64,000 nt of DNA from Bdellovibrionales bacterium (GTDB lineage Bacteria > Bdellovibrionota > Bdellovibrionia > Bdellovibrionales > UBA1609). The first letter of the stretch is position 1, and each line of letters opens with the position of its first letter. Shown here piece after piece: positions 37,447-47,256 of this stretch. The notes under the pieces were generated by a model, which was not told the DNA's origin, made no database searches, and saw nothing but the letters and a program-made list of their open reading frames with translations. The stretch spans positions 459,071-523,070 of the forward strand of contig OZ244719.1 in NCBI GenBank assembly GCA_965219095.1, read 5' to 3'. The translations under genes and the position numbers were made by a program.

Positions 37447-39042
37447 ATGATTTTCTTTTTAGGGGGAGTGATTGCACATAAAGAGATTAAAAAAGCTCCT
37501 TATGCTTCTAAAAGGCTTGCGAAAAACTATAAATTTATAATTTGTATTTTTATTGGCCTTGTCATTTTAGAGACTCTTTTTTATCTACTTGTTTTAGACC
37601 TCTTGTTTTTCTGGTTAGCACAGCTTTTTGTATTTTGGATCTTTCAGGCTTTTTTACTTTTTATAACTTGTAATTTTTGGCTTAAGGATGAGAACATAAA
37701 ATCCAAAAAACGCATTACAGTGGATCATTTGGAGGGAGAAGAAGTTGATTTCAAAACTTTTGAGAAGGCTCTTGAGTCTAAAGACTCAGCTCCTATAGGA
37801 GCCAATTTTGTCAAAAAAGAGCTTGTAAGTTTACCTGTCAGTTCTAGAACAGAGCATTTACTTGTTACAGGAGCGACAGGCACAGGAAAAACAACCTTGA
37901 TGATGAATTTACTGAGGCACAGTTTTTTGCATAAACACCCTCTTGTGATCCTTGATCCTAAGGGGGAAATAAAGGACATAGAGATGATAAAATTCCTTTT
38001 TTGTGAGTTAGGAAGAAAAGAGGAAGACTTTAAGCTTTTTTCTCTTGCACAGCCTGAAAAGAGCTTGTCCTACGATCCTTTGAAGTATGGAACAAGTGAA
38101 CAAGTGAGGTCGAAACTGATGCTTGGCCTTAGTTTTACTCATGATTATTATGCTTCACAAGCCAGTCAGTATCTTTCTATCTTGCTTTCTTGTTTTGAAG
38201 CTCTAAAAAAGAAAATGAATCTTAAAGAATTAAAACAAGCCCTCAACAACTCTCACAAAGAATTTATGGAGAAAAAAGAGCTGGAAGGGATGGAAGATGA
38301 TGTAGCTTCTTTATCTCAAATTAAAAAAGAAGACCTTGCAGGATTAAAAGCTCAGGTTGAGATTTTAAACTCTAGAGAGTTTTCTCATCTTCTTTCTTCT
38401 TCAAAGTGTCAAATTGATTTAGTTGAGATTTTGGAAAAAGGTCAGGTGGCTTATTTTCAACTGAACACAAACGGATATGGTGATTTTGCAAGACGTTTAG
38501 GCAAAATGATTGTGCAAGACTTGAAAGTTATAAGCAGTCAAATTCATGCAGGACAAATAGCACCTAAGTTTAACTTTGCAGGGATATTTATTGACGAATT
38601 TGGCTCTTTTGCAACAAGAGATTTTAGCGACCTTCTTAAAATGATCAGAAGCTCTAACATAGGGGTTCATCTTTTTTGTCAAGGCTTGGCTGATTTAAAA
38701 GCTGTATCTTCTGAGTTTTCGGATCAGATTTTAGGTAACACTGCTTATAAGCTGATCTTCCGTCAAGATGTCCCTCAAGACTGTGAAACATGGTCTTCTG
38801 TTTGTGGAACTATAGAAGATAAAGCTATGACCTTTCAAGTGTCATCACAAGAGATGTTAAGCGAGTTTGAAAAAACAGGCTTAGGTTCACTTTTTAACAC
38901 CAAAAAGATGAAAGTGGATTTTGATGTTTTTAAGTCTTTAAAAAGAGGTCAAGCTCTTCTTATTGATAAACTTCAAAACAAGCAAATTTTACTTCAAGTT
39001 TACAATGCTAAAGAAAAAAAGAAGAAAGGCTTGGAGAAATGA
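37447..39042 (+). CDS. Type IV coupling protein-like ATPase (TraD/VirD4/TrwB family), the only intact copy
   Basis: N-terminal TM helices, Walker A VTGATGTGKT and Walker B-like FIDEFGSFAT. 531 aa. Confidence 0.75.
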   Translation: MIFFLGGVIAHKEIKKAPYASKRLAKNYKFIICIFIGLVILETLFYLLVLDLLFFWLAQLFVFWIFQAFLLFITCNFWLKDENIKSKKRITVDHLEGEEVDFKTFEKALESKDSAPIGANFVKKELVSLPVSSRTEHLLVTGATGTGKTTLMMNLLRHSFLHKHPLVILDPKGEIKDIEMIKFLFCELGRKEEDFKLFSLAQPEKSLSYDPLKYGTSEQVRSKLMLGLSFTHDYYASQASQYLSILLSCFEALKKKMNLKELKQALNNSHKEFMEKKELEGMEDDVASLSQIKKEDLAGLKAQVEILNSREFSHLLSSSKCQIDLVEILEKGQVAYFQLNTNGYGDFARRLGKMIVQDLKVISSQIHAGQIAPKFNFAGIFIDEFGSFATRDFSDLLKMIRSSNIGVHLFCQGLADLKAVSSEFSDQILGNTAYKLIFRQDVPQDCETWSSVCGTIEDKAMTFQVSSQEMLSEFEKTGLGSLFNTKKMKVDFDVFKSLKRGQALLIDKLQNKQILLQVYNAKEKKKKGLEK

Positions 39043-39047
39043 GAAGA

Positions 39048-39282
39048 CACCCAACCCAACCACTCTTTTATAACCTATCACTACTGTGTACCTGTGGTGA
39101 CGAAAGTGAGTTAGGGTGGTCAAATCTTAAACCCTTTCAACAAGTCGTAAGAATGGGCGTAATAAGGCCCTTTGATAAGGTCTTGTTTTCATTGGGTTTA
39201 GGATTTGACCACCCTAACTCACTTTCTAATCTCTCTGGTAGATGTGGTGTGTGATGTGTGGTGTGAGTGGTTGGGTTGGGTA
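39048..39282. repeat. Nested long palindrome (module 3 version), oriT-like
   Basis: Outer arms CACCCAACCCAACCACTC (39048-39065) / GAGTGGTTGGGTTGGGT (39265-39281). Perfect 25-bp inner arms GAAAGTGAGTTAGGGTGGTCAAATC (39102-39126) / GATTTGACCACCCTAACTCACTTTC (39202-39226). Confidence 0.8.
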
Positions 39283-39441
39283 GTAGGTTGGTGGAAAAGG
39301 AAAGGAAAGAAAATTTTTTTAAAGCTAGTCTTAAAAAAATTTTCTGTTTGTTAAATCTGCGGACGAACTTTTATAAGCTCTCCGCACTATCCTCTCTTGA
39401 AGCTCAAGAAAGGATGTAAATCAATAAGGAAAGGAGTAGAA

Positions 39442-39669
39442 ATGAAACTAAAAACTACAATTTATGACGCACTCTCAGTCAGAGCTTATAAAGACTCTCA
39501 GGGAAACGAAAAAGTGGACTACCAAAGAATAGGTGTAGCCTTTGGTTTAAAGAACAAAAACGGTTTTTCTTTGAAGCTCACAAGCTTGCCTGTCTCAGGG
39601 GAGCTTGTGGTTATAGAAAGAATACCAAAAAAAGAGCAGAAAAATGATACAGAAGAAATGCCCTTTTAA
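39442..39669 (+). CDS. Small hypothetical protein (module 3 only)
   Basis: ATG behind AAGGAAAGGAG. Encodes MKLKTTIYDALSVRAYKDSQGNEKVDYQRIGVAFGLKNKNGFSLKL... Confidence 0.4.
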   Translation: MKLKTTIYDALSVRAYKDSQGNEKVDYQRIGVAFGLKNKNGFSLKLTSLPVSGELVVIERIPKKEQKNDTEEMPF

Positions 39670-39734
39670 AGGCTTAGAATACCAAATGAGGGAGCTTTAA
39701 GCTCCCTCGTTATATTTTGAAAGGAGAAATAAAA

Positions 39735-39995
39735 ATGAATAAAAAAGAATTGAAACCAATCAAGAAAAGTAGTAGTTTAGAGAACACTATTCGCCCTCAA
39801 AAAAAGGGCCTGTTCTTTGACAATTTAATAACTATTGAGGAGCTTTCAGAAAATTTAGGTTTATCTAAGAAGACTTTACAAAATTGGGTTTCTTTAAGGA
39901 AAATCCCTTATGTAAAAATAGGCCGAAAGGTTTATTTTAGGTCTTCTCGCTTACAGCAGTGGATTGAACGAAAGGAGTTCAAATCATGTCTGTAA
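39735..39995 (+). CDS. Excisionase-type HTH DNA-binding protein (module 3)
   Basis: MNKKELKPIKK...IEELSENLGLSKKTLQNWVSLRKIPYVKIGRKVYF. Confidence 0.7.
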   Translation: MNKKELKPIKKSSSLENTIRPQKKGLFFDNLITIEELSENLGLSKKTLQNWVSLRKIPYVKIGRKVYFRSSRLQQWIERKEFKSCL

Positions 39996-41188
39996 CTAAA
40001 ATTAAAAGAAAAAAAAAGAACGTCTATCAAGCTCAAGTGTATGTCAGAGGAGTGAGGCTTTCGAGTAAAGTTTTTGAAAACAAAACTCAAGCTTACATTT
40101 GGCATGATAGAGAAAAAGATCGCCTTGAAAAAGGTGAAACTATAGAAGAAAAAGAACTTAAAGAATTGCTTTTTTGCGATTGTGTAGAAAAGTACATCAA
40201 AGAGTATCTGCCTAAACTGAGAGCTTCCAGCCAGAGAAAAATCTTATTGAATCTGAAAAATCTTTCAGTTAACAGCCCCTTAAATAAAGTCAAGATGTTA
40301 GACTTAAAGGCAAAGGAGATAAGCCTTTGGATTTCTTGGTTTCAAAAGAAAACTAAGAAGTGTAGGCAAAGACAGAGTTTTAAAACAGAGTTTAGGCGAC
40401 TTGTAGCTGTTCTAAACTGGTGGAGAAATTATGTTGACCCAAATTTTGTTGTTCCTGTAGTGAAAATGCATAGAGATATTTGCTATGAGACAACTCAAAA
40501 ACTAAGACGACCTGACTACTTTGCTAGACCAGAAGAAATACAGCTTTGGCTTCAAAAGCTTCAGAAAATATCTAACCCTGTTTATTATAGACTGGCAAAG
40601 TTTATGATTTTAACAGGAGCTAGAGTGAGTGAAGCTTGTGGGCTTTTATGGAAAGAAGTTGTCTTTGAAGAAAAATTTGTACGTGTGGTAAGGACAGCTG
40701 ATTGGGGAGGTAACAAAATAACTCTCTGTGAAGACACTAAAACGAAAGCATCTAACAGGCTTTTGGTTCTTCCAGAGAGACTTGTGGAGTTGTTAAGGGT
40801 TATGAAAAGTGAGTCTCCCGAAAATCCCTTAGTCTTTCATTCAAGAGAAGGTGAAATGGTGTCTTATACAAGCATTCGCTGGGCTTTTGATAAGTCCTTT
40901 AAGGCCTGCAATCTTCCTTGGAGAGGGACTCATATTTGCCGTCATACTTATGCCACAATGGCACTTATGGCGACAAAAAGTCTTTCCGCTGTGCAAGCAA
41001 GTCTTGGGCATACAGATCAAGCTATGACTCAAAGGTATGCTAAAGCGGTAGCTTTAATAAATTCTGATATGGCAGAAAGAACGGCTAGCATGTACGAATC
41101 GAAATCACTTACAAAATCACTTACGCACCCTCAAAAGACCCTAAATGAGTCCTCATTAAGGATAAGGGAAAGTGATTCTAGCAGTTGA
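39986..41188 (+). CDS. Tyrosine recombinase/integrase (module 3)
   Basis: GARVSEACGL, WRGTHICRHTYAT and TQRYAK. More diverged in the N-terminal half than int1, int2 and int4. Confidence 0.9.
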   Translation: MSVTKIKRKKKNVYQAQVYVRGVRLSSKVFENKTQAYIWHDREKDRLEKGETIEEKELKELLFCDCVEKYIKEYLPKLRASSQRKILLNLKNLSVNSPLNKVKMLDLKAKEISLWISWFQKKTKKCRQRQSFKTEFRRLVAVLNWWRNYVDPNFVVPVVKMHRDICYETTQKLRRPDYFARPEEIQLWLQKLQKISNPVYYRLAKFMILTGARVSEACGLLWKEVVFEEKFVRVVRTADWGGNKITLCEDTKTKASNRLLVLPERLVELLRVMKSESPENPLVFHSREGEMVSYTSIRWAFDKSFKACNLPWRGTHICRHTYATMALMATKSLSAVQASLGHTDQAMTQRYAKAVALINSDMAERTASMYESKSLTKSLTHPQKTLNESSLRIRESDSSS

Positions 41189-41265
41189 ATTGTAAAGATT
41201 TAAAACCACTTCAAAAAGCAAAATGAATGGGTTTTTTTAGCTTGGATTTTGTGAGTTAAGAAAAG

Positions 41266-41295
41266 AAAAACCCCTCCAAAAAAGGGAGGGGTTTT
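41266..41295. terminator. Hairpin terminator between int3 and cassette E
   Basis: AAAAACCCCTCC aaaaaa GGGAGGGGTTTT. Confidence 0.65.
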
Positions 41296-41314
41296 AAAGT
41301 AGAGTTTAAGTATT

Positions 41315-41752
41315 TTATGGTAGTACACTCAAACTTTTCTCATGATTAATTTGCCAGTTGGAATTTGTCGAATCCCCGTTTCCTTCAGCACAAGCTATGA
41401 ATTCATCACCTGCAGAGTTTAGCACACAGGTTGCCCCTATAATCTTAGCAACTACCGTAGCGGCAGTTGATGGGTGACATTTATCCGTACAAGCAGTTTC
41501 TTTAAATCCAACAGCGTAGTGGCGTGTTCCAGAAGGTTCCTCAAATCCTATATTAGCTAGGACGTCTGAATATTTATCACCTTCATAAAGGTAGGCTTTT
41601 TCTGCTGTATAAAGAGCCCCTAAGTTAGTTTTAGCTTCACTACTTCGTGCTTTTTTTCTAAACCCATCGAATGCAGGAATGGCAACTGCTGCAAGAATTC
41701 CTATAAATTGATTTGTAAACTTTTGTAAGTTTGCAGAATCACTAAAAAACAA
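41315..41752 (-). CDS. Pilin cassette E: PilA-type pilin lacking the leader and processing site
   Basis: MFFSDSANLQKFTNQF|IGILAAVAIPAFDGFRKKARSSEAKTNLGALYTAEKAYLYE... The core starts at 41704 (minus). The upstream 48 nt are identical to cassette C. Confidence 0.7.
   Translation of the reverse strand: MFFSDSANLQKFTNQFIGILAAVAIPAFDGFRKKARSSEAKTNLGALYTAEKAYLYEGDKYSDVLANIGFEEPSGTRHYAVGFKETACTDKCHPSTAATVVAKIIGATCVLNSAGDEFIACAEGNGDSTNSNWQINHEKSLSVLP
41610..41704 (-). repeat. Conserved pilin 5' core, copy E
   Basis: Reverse complement of the core sequence. Confidence 0.85.
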
Positions 41753-42094
41753 AAAGAAAATAATAAATTAACCTACCCATCTATTCCCGAATGTTAAGAC
41801 TTTTCCCCTACATTGAACCTAGTTGATCACGACAAAATTCCGTACACGGACGCATATAAAAATCACGATAGTTCTAAAACAAACTTTAATTTCTTTTGTA
41901 CTTACTTTTGAAAGCCAGGATTTAATTGTTGTATTATCTCTAGCGACATCCTTTCTGGTGCTTTTTTATCTGGTACTTTCTTATTTTCCTGTTACGTTAC
42001 AGTAGGTTAGTGAGGGATATCGCAGTGAGGCCATTTGAAAGAAATTCTCTTAAAATCACTTGAAAAGAAAGTTTTTTTATATTATTATAATTGT

Positions 42095-42847
42095 ATGTCT
42101 TTAAAAAAACTCAATCATTCAATTCCTAAAGCTGTATGGGCTTCGATTCAAGCTGTTGCTAAAGAAACTCAAGAACTAGTAAAGTCTCAAAAAGAGAATG
42201 CCAAAGCTCAAAAAGAGACTGATCGCCAACTCAAAGAATCTCAAAAAGAAATCGCTAAAGCTCAAAAAGAGACTGATCGCCAACTCAAAGAATCTCAAAA
42301 AGAAATCGCTAAAGCTCAAAAAGAAATCGCTAAAGCTCAAAAAGAGACTGATCGCCAACTCAAAGAATCTCAAAAAGATACTAATCAACGTATAGCACAA
42401 CTCAACGAACTTTTCACAGGTCAATGGGGGAAGCTTATGGAAGCCTTTGTAAAAGGTGATTTAGTTAAACTTCTTCAAGAAAGGAACATCGATGTTAATG
42501 ATATATGCTCTAATAGAGAGAAGACCTTTGAAGGTCAAAAATATGAGTTTGATATCATAGCCATTAATGGAAAAGAAACAGTAGCTGTGGAAGTAAAGAC
42601 TACTTTACGGCTGAAAGACTTAACTTATTTTTTAAAAAAGTTAAAAACCTTTAAAAAGATGTTTCCTGAATATGAAGATAAGAAAATATACGGAGCTATG
42701 GCTTTTATAAAAGTGAATGAAGGAGCTGATAGGAGAGCTGAAAAAGATGGTTTATTTGTGATTCAAGCTGTAGGAGATAGTGGAAGCATTATTAATGCCA
42801 AACACTTTAAACCAAAGATCTTTTGTAATAACAATTCCAAAAAATAA
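42095..42847 (+). CDS. Coiled-coil protein with C-terminal PD-(D/E)XK (DUF3782-like) nuclease fold, paralogue 3
   Basis: KAQKETDRQLKESQKEIA repeats followed by YEFDIIAINGKETVAVEVKTTL. The C-terminal domain is more diverged than in paralogues 1 and 2. Confidence 0.6.
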   Translation: MSLKKLNHSIPKAVWASIQAVAKETQELVKSQKENAKAQKETDRQLKESQKEIAKAQKETDRQLKESQKEIAKAQKEIAKAQKETDRQLKESQKDTNQRIAQLNELFTGQWGKLMEAFVKGDLVKLLQERNIDVNDICSNREKTFEGQKYEFDIIAINGKETVAVEVKTTLRLKDLTYFLKKLKTFKKMFPEYEDKKIYGAMAFIKVNEGADRRAEKDGLFVIQAVGDSGSIINAKHFKPKIFCNNNSKK

Positions 42848-43683
42848 TTCGATATTCTTTTGTAGCATAAGGTTCTGGAAGAGATCTCCAAAAGGCTTAA
42901 GTTAACAGTAAATCAGTTTCTTAACTGAGTTACAGCTTTCTAAGCTAACGTAAGGTGGCAGAAGGGGGTTAAGCTTATTACAAACGTCAAATTAAAAAAA
43001 CAAATTCTTTTCTATGGAAAAAGCCTCAAAAGGTACAAACTCAGTTTCTTTTTGCTCCACTTAAATAAAACTCTTAAAAGGCTTATTTCAAAGCAAAGAA
43101 AAGTCCTCAAAATGTTCTTTTAGGATGGTTTCACTGAAGAACAAATAGGACGAAAGCTCAGCCACTCTTGAAGCACAATTAAAAACATAAAAGCTCAAGC
43201 ATTCAAGTCACTTAGGAAGAATTTAGAGGTCAACATGGGGACACTGTCCCCATGTATAGGGGCAAAAGAAAATTTTTATGCTCCTTTTTCCAGTTATAAA
43301 CCCAAGTTTAGAATCAAGATGGAAGAAGAAAATCAACGTCACTCTGATAAACCTCCAAAGGGTTTTTATAGTTTGTTTGAAGATTTAAAACAAGCTTTCA
43401 CATCACTTTGACCGATCGTAAAGAGGGGAAGCTCCAATTTGAAAAGTTAAATGGAGCTTTTTTAAAAGATGTGAGTTGTGTCTAATCAAAGGGGTAAAAG
43501 TGTGTCTAGAATTGGACAAAACCAAAGAGATGCCAAAGCTTAAAAGCACTTAAGATCATTTCATTTTTTCTTATTCAGAAAAAATGTTAAGAAAGTGTCT
43601 GACCTCCCTAAAAGCTTTTTTTCATTCTATCTTAAGATTTTCTTATTGGGGACTATTTTCTGCTTTTAACTACTTATAAAAAA

Positions 43684-43878
43684 TGGCTCCTCCAGGGAAT
43701 CTGTGGGTAAAAAGTAGTAGAAATCCCCCAAAAGAGCTCATATTAATCAAAGCAAGAGTAAGACATCCTGTCTTGTATTTTTGAGTTCTTTGAGGCCTTA
43801 CTGACCTCTATCACCTCCGGTGATTGAACTCAAAAACATTCATTTTATTTGCTGTATTACATTAAAATCTTAAAGAAA
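43684..43878 (+). mobile_element. Solo ISL3 left-end fragment
   Basis: GGCTCCTCCAGGGAATCTGTGGGTAAAAAGTAG... matches the first ~195 bp of the ISL3 copies (26354-, 57781-). No transposase follows. Confidence 0.75.
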
Positions 43879-44088
43879 GAGAAGAAAAGGTGCGGAATGA
43901 AAAAATAAGAATCCTGAGGGTTCCTAGAAAGACCTTTTTTAAATTAAAAGAGCAGTTAGGTAATATAAAGTAAAGATATTGATCTGTTTTCTTTAAATTT
44001 CTCTAAAAACCAAGCTATTGTTTTCATATATGCACATTTTTAAGAATCTGTTTGAAAGAAATACACACTTGAATGCTGTTTGAATGTT

Positions 44089-44180
44089 GCAGATCTGTTA
44101 CAAATTTGCATATTTGTTACAAATGTAACAGATCTGTTACAAATGTATCGGATTCAGCAAATTTGTAACAAATATGCAAC
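44089..44180. repeat. GTTACAAAT iteron/palindrome array (module 4 copy)
   Basis: Same as 20331-20460 but one 41-bp unit shorter. Confidence 0.8.
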
Positions 44181-44283
44181 TTTTCAAAAAAAAACAAGAA
44201 AAACCTTTTTTTTCATTTAAAACTTTATTGTAGCAAAAGGTTTTATAAAAGAGTCCTTTTTATAAAACCAAAAAGAAAGGAGT

Positions 44284-45020
44284 ATGTATGAAGCAAAAAA
44301 CAAAAAAAGAGTTCTTATGAAGATAGAAGCACCTCAAAACCTTGTAAGCTTAAAAGCTCAAATCCAGACCCTTACTTCTCCAGAATTTAGAAACTCCTCT
44401 ATACATGAAGAAAAAGAAATCGATCTCCTGGATGTTATGAAAAAAAATCAAATAGCCTATTTCCAGTTGAATTTAAACAGCTATGGTTTTTTAGGTAAGA
44501 AAATCGGTAAAATTCTAGTTCAAGATCTAAAGGTTATAAGCTCTCAGATTCAATCAGGACAAGTGGATTTTAAGCCTTTACTTTTAGGGGTCTTGATTGA
44601 TGAATTTGGATCTTTTGCTACACCTGATTTTTCAGATTTTTTAAAGCAAGTAAGATCTGCTGGTACAGGAGTTCACTTATTTTGCCAAGGCTTAGCTGAT
44701 TTAAATGTTGTAAGTCAGAGTTTTAGCAATCAAGTGTTGGGAAGTGCGGCCACTAAAATCATACTTCGACAAGATGTGAAGAGGACTCTCGAAAAATGGG
44801 CTTTTACAGCTGTCACTAGGGGCACTGTAGGTAGGAGTTTTCAGGTCAGTGAACGCATTCTGGGGAACTTAAAAAAACAGGCTTAGGGAATCTTTTGGAG
44901 ACCAAAAAAATGAAGATCGAACATGATGTTTTTAAGAGCTTAAAAGTAGGTCAGGCTGTACTCATTGATAAGATCAAAACCTCACAAGATTTGTTTCAAA
45001 TTTTTAGCTTAAAGGAGTGA
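44284..45020 (+). pseudogene. Truncated/frameshifted T4CP gene (module 4, duplicate of 20565-21301)
   Basis: The 200-aa ORF is identical except for one residue (TVVTRG versus TAVTRG). Confidence 0.75.
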
Positions 45021-45085
45021 GCTTTATGAGTAGTTTTAAAAAAATTCTGGAATTTTCTTATAGTGCTAAAAACATGTCTTGCATG

Positions 45086-45248
45086 CACCCCCTTTCCTTT
45101 TCCCTTTGTCTTTATACACCCAACTCTGCTAAAACCTTCGGTTTTCACCGTGACCACCCTCTCCCGCTCATACTTTTTTTAGTATGGGAGAGGGTGGTCA
45201 CGGTACCACAGAGTTGGGTGTATAGATGTGGGAAGAGGAAAGGGGGGT
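45086..45248. repeat. Nested long palindrome (module 4 copy)
   Basis: Identical to 21367-21529. Confidence 0.8.
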
Positions 45249-45570
45249 GTGAGAGGAGGAAAAAATAGAGAAAATTTTTAGAACTTTTAAATTAAAAATT
45301 TTCTCTATCAGGTTAAAAAATTTTTGTTTTTTTAAGTTTAACTTGAGTTTTTTTAATGGCCGAGAAAGGAGTAAAAAAAAAGGTCAAAAAACAAATAACA
45401 AATCAATCATGAAAGGAGTAGCATAATGCAAAGCAAGAAAAGTAAAATTTACGACACTTTTTTGAGTGCGTAAATTCATCATATTCAGTGAGGAAAAGTC
45501 AGAGTTCTTAGAAGAAACCAAATGAGGAAGTTTTTTAAGCTTCTTCGCCATATTTTGAAAGGAGAAAAAA

Positions 45571-45828
45571 ATGGATAAAAAAGAATTGAAACCAATTAAA
45601 AAAGGTAGTAGTTTAGAGAACACTATTCGCCCTCAAAAAAAGGGCCTGTTCTTTGACAATTTAATAACCGTAGAGGAATTAGCCTTAGCGTTTGGGCTGT
45701 CTCCTAGAACGATTAAAAATTGGGTGAGTTTAAGACAAATCCCCTTTATTCAGTTCAGAAGAAGGACTTACTTTCTTAAAGACAGTATCCATAGATGGCT
45801 TCAACAAAAGGAGAAATCATGTCAATAA
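45571..45828 (+). CDS. Excisionase-type HTH DNA-binding protein (module 4)
   Basis: Identical to 21852-22109. Confidence 0.7.
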   Translation: MDKKELKPIKKGSSLENTIRPQKKGLFFDNLITVEELALAFGLSPRTIKNWVSLRQIPFIQFRRRTYFLKDSIHRWLQQKEKSCQ

Positions 45829-46994
45829 CCAAACGTAAAAGGAAAAATAAAATAACATATCAAGCAGAAATTTATGTAAGAGGAATTCGTCTGAAAGCAA
45901 AAAGCTTTCAAACAAAAACAGAAGCCTGTATATGGCACGATAAGGAAAAAAAACGTCTTCAAGAAGGAAGAGTTTCTCTTCAAGAAGAGTTAAGAGAACT
46001 TTTCTTTGAAGACTGTGTGAGAAGGTATCTTAAAGAGTATGTTCCTACTTTAAGAGATTCCAGTCAAAAGAAGATTCAACTTCTTTGCGAGAGGTTTTTT
46101 CTACAAAGTCCTTTAGCAAAAACAAAAATGTCAGATATAGACCATGTCAGTATTGACACTTGGATTGACTGGCTTTTTAGAAGCTTTAAAAACACTGTCA
46201 ACCGCCATTCTTTTAGAATAGAGTTAAGGCGTCTTGGCTCTGTTCTTCACTGGTGGAGAAACTACCTTGATCCAAGCTTTAGCTTTCCTATTGTTCGTGG
46301 TCATAGAAATCGGTGTTATGTGAAGAAGCGAGAATCTAAGGTGAAAAGGCCAGATTACTTTGCTAAACCTGAAGAGGTGAGGGCTTGGCTTAACGAACTT
46401 AAGAAGATTCAAAACCCTGTTTATTACCGTTTAGCTCAGTTTATGATTTTAACAGGAGCGAGAGTAAGTGAAGCTTGTGGACTTATGTGGAGTGAAATTG
46501 ATTTTAAGAATCGTTTTGCAAGAGTTGTTAGAACAGCTGACTGGTCTTCTGAAAAACCTCAAATTCTAGAAACCACAAAGACTAAGACTTCTGTAAGAGT
46601 TTTAACTCTTCCTGAAAAGCTCATAGAGCTTTTGTATGAAATGAAAGAGGAATCTAATAATCCTCTTGTGTTTTACTCTTCAGAAGGAAAAGTCGTTCCT
46701 TACACTACCATTCGTTGGGCCTTTGATAAGTCTTTTAAGACCTGCAATCTTCCTTGGAGAGGAACTCATATTTGTCGTCATACTTATGCCACAATGGCTT
46801 TAATGGCGACAAAAAGCCTCTCAGCTGTCCAAGCAAGTCTTGGGCATAAGGATCAAGCTATGACTCAAAGGTATGCAAAAGTGGTGGCTCTCATTAACTC
46901 GGATATGGCAGAAAAAACAGCTCAGATGTATGAAATGAACTCTTTAGGTTCATCTCCATCACGACAGATCACGACGTCTTTACAGACAAAATGA
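45819..46994 (+). CDS. Tyrosine recombinase/integrase (module 4)
   Basis: Protein identical to int2, with a few silent nucleotide differences. Confidence 0.9.
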   Translation: MSITKRKRKNKITYQAEIYVRGIRLKAKSFQTKTEACIWHDKEKKRLQEGRVSLQEELRELFFEDCVRRYLKEYVPTLRDSSQKKIQLLCERFFLQSPLAKTKMSDIDHVSIDTWIDWLFRSFKNTVNRHSFRIELRRLGSVLHWWRNYLDPSFSFPIVRGHRNRCYVKKRESKVKRPDYFAKPEEVRAWLNELKKIQNPVYYRLAQFMILTGARVSEACGLMWSEIDFKNRFARVVRTADWSSEKPQILETTKTKTSVRVLTLPEKLIELLYEMKEESNNPLVFYSSEGKVVPYTTIRWAFDKSFKTCNLPWRGTHICRHTYATMALMATKSLSAVQASLGHKDQAMTQRYAKVVALINSDMAEKTAQMYEMNSLGSSPSRQITTSLQTK

Positions 46995-47212
46995 ACTTTA
47001 GGATCAAAAGGATACTGGTAGTTGAATTTTAAAATTTTTTAAAATTTAAAAAAAAGAATTCTAGCAGGAACACTTGGAATGAAAAACTCACGACGGAAAT
47101 CACGACTTCTCACTAAAATAGCTAAGATATCACTCATAAAGTAGAGCGTGAAAGAAGTTCTAGCAGTGGAAAGTTTAAGAGTTTTGAAGTAAAAAAAGAC
47201 CTACTATAAATA

Positions 47213-47239
47213 AACCCCCCTTTTTCTAAAAAGGGGGTT
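47213..47239. terminator. Hairpin terminator between int4 and cassette F
   Basis: AACCCCCC tttttctaaaaa GGGGGTT. Confidence 0.6.
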
Positions 47240-47256
47240 CTAGAAAGGTTTTCAGA

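Noticed and set aside
9786-47000. tRNA gene as the integration target of the four integrases
   Set aside because: No cloverleaf-like sequence or tRNA 3' end repeat was found next to any int gene. The only sequence repeated at module boundaries is the pilin core.
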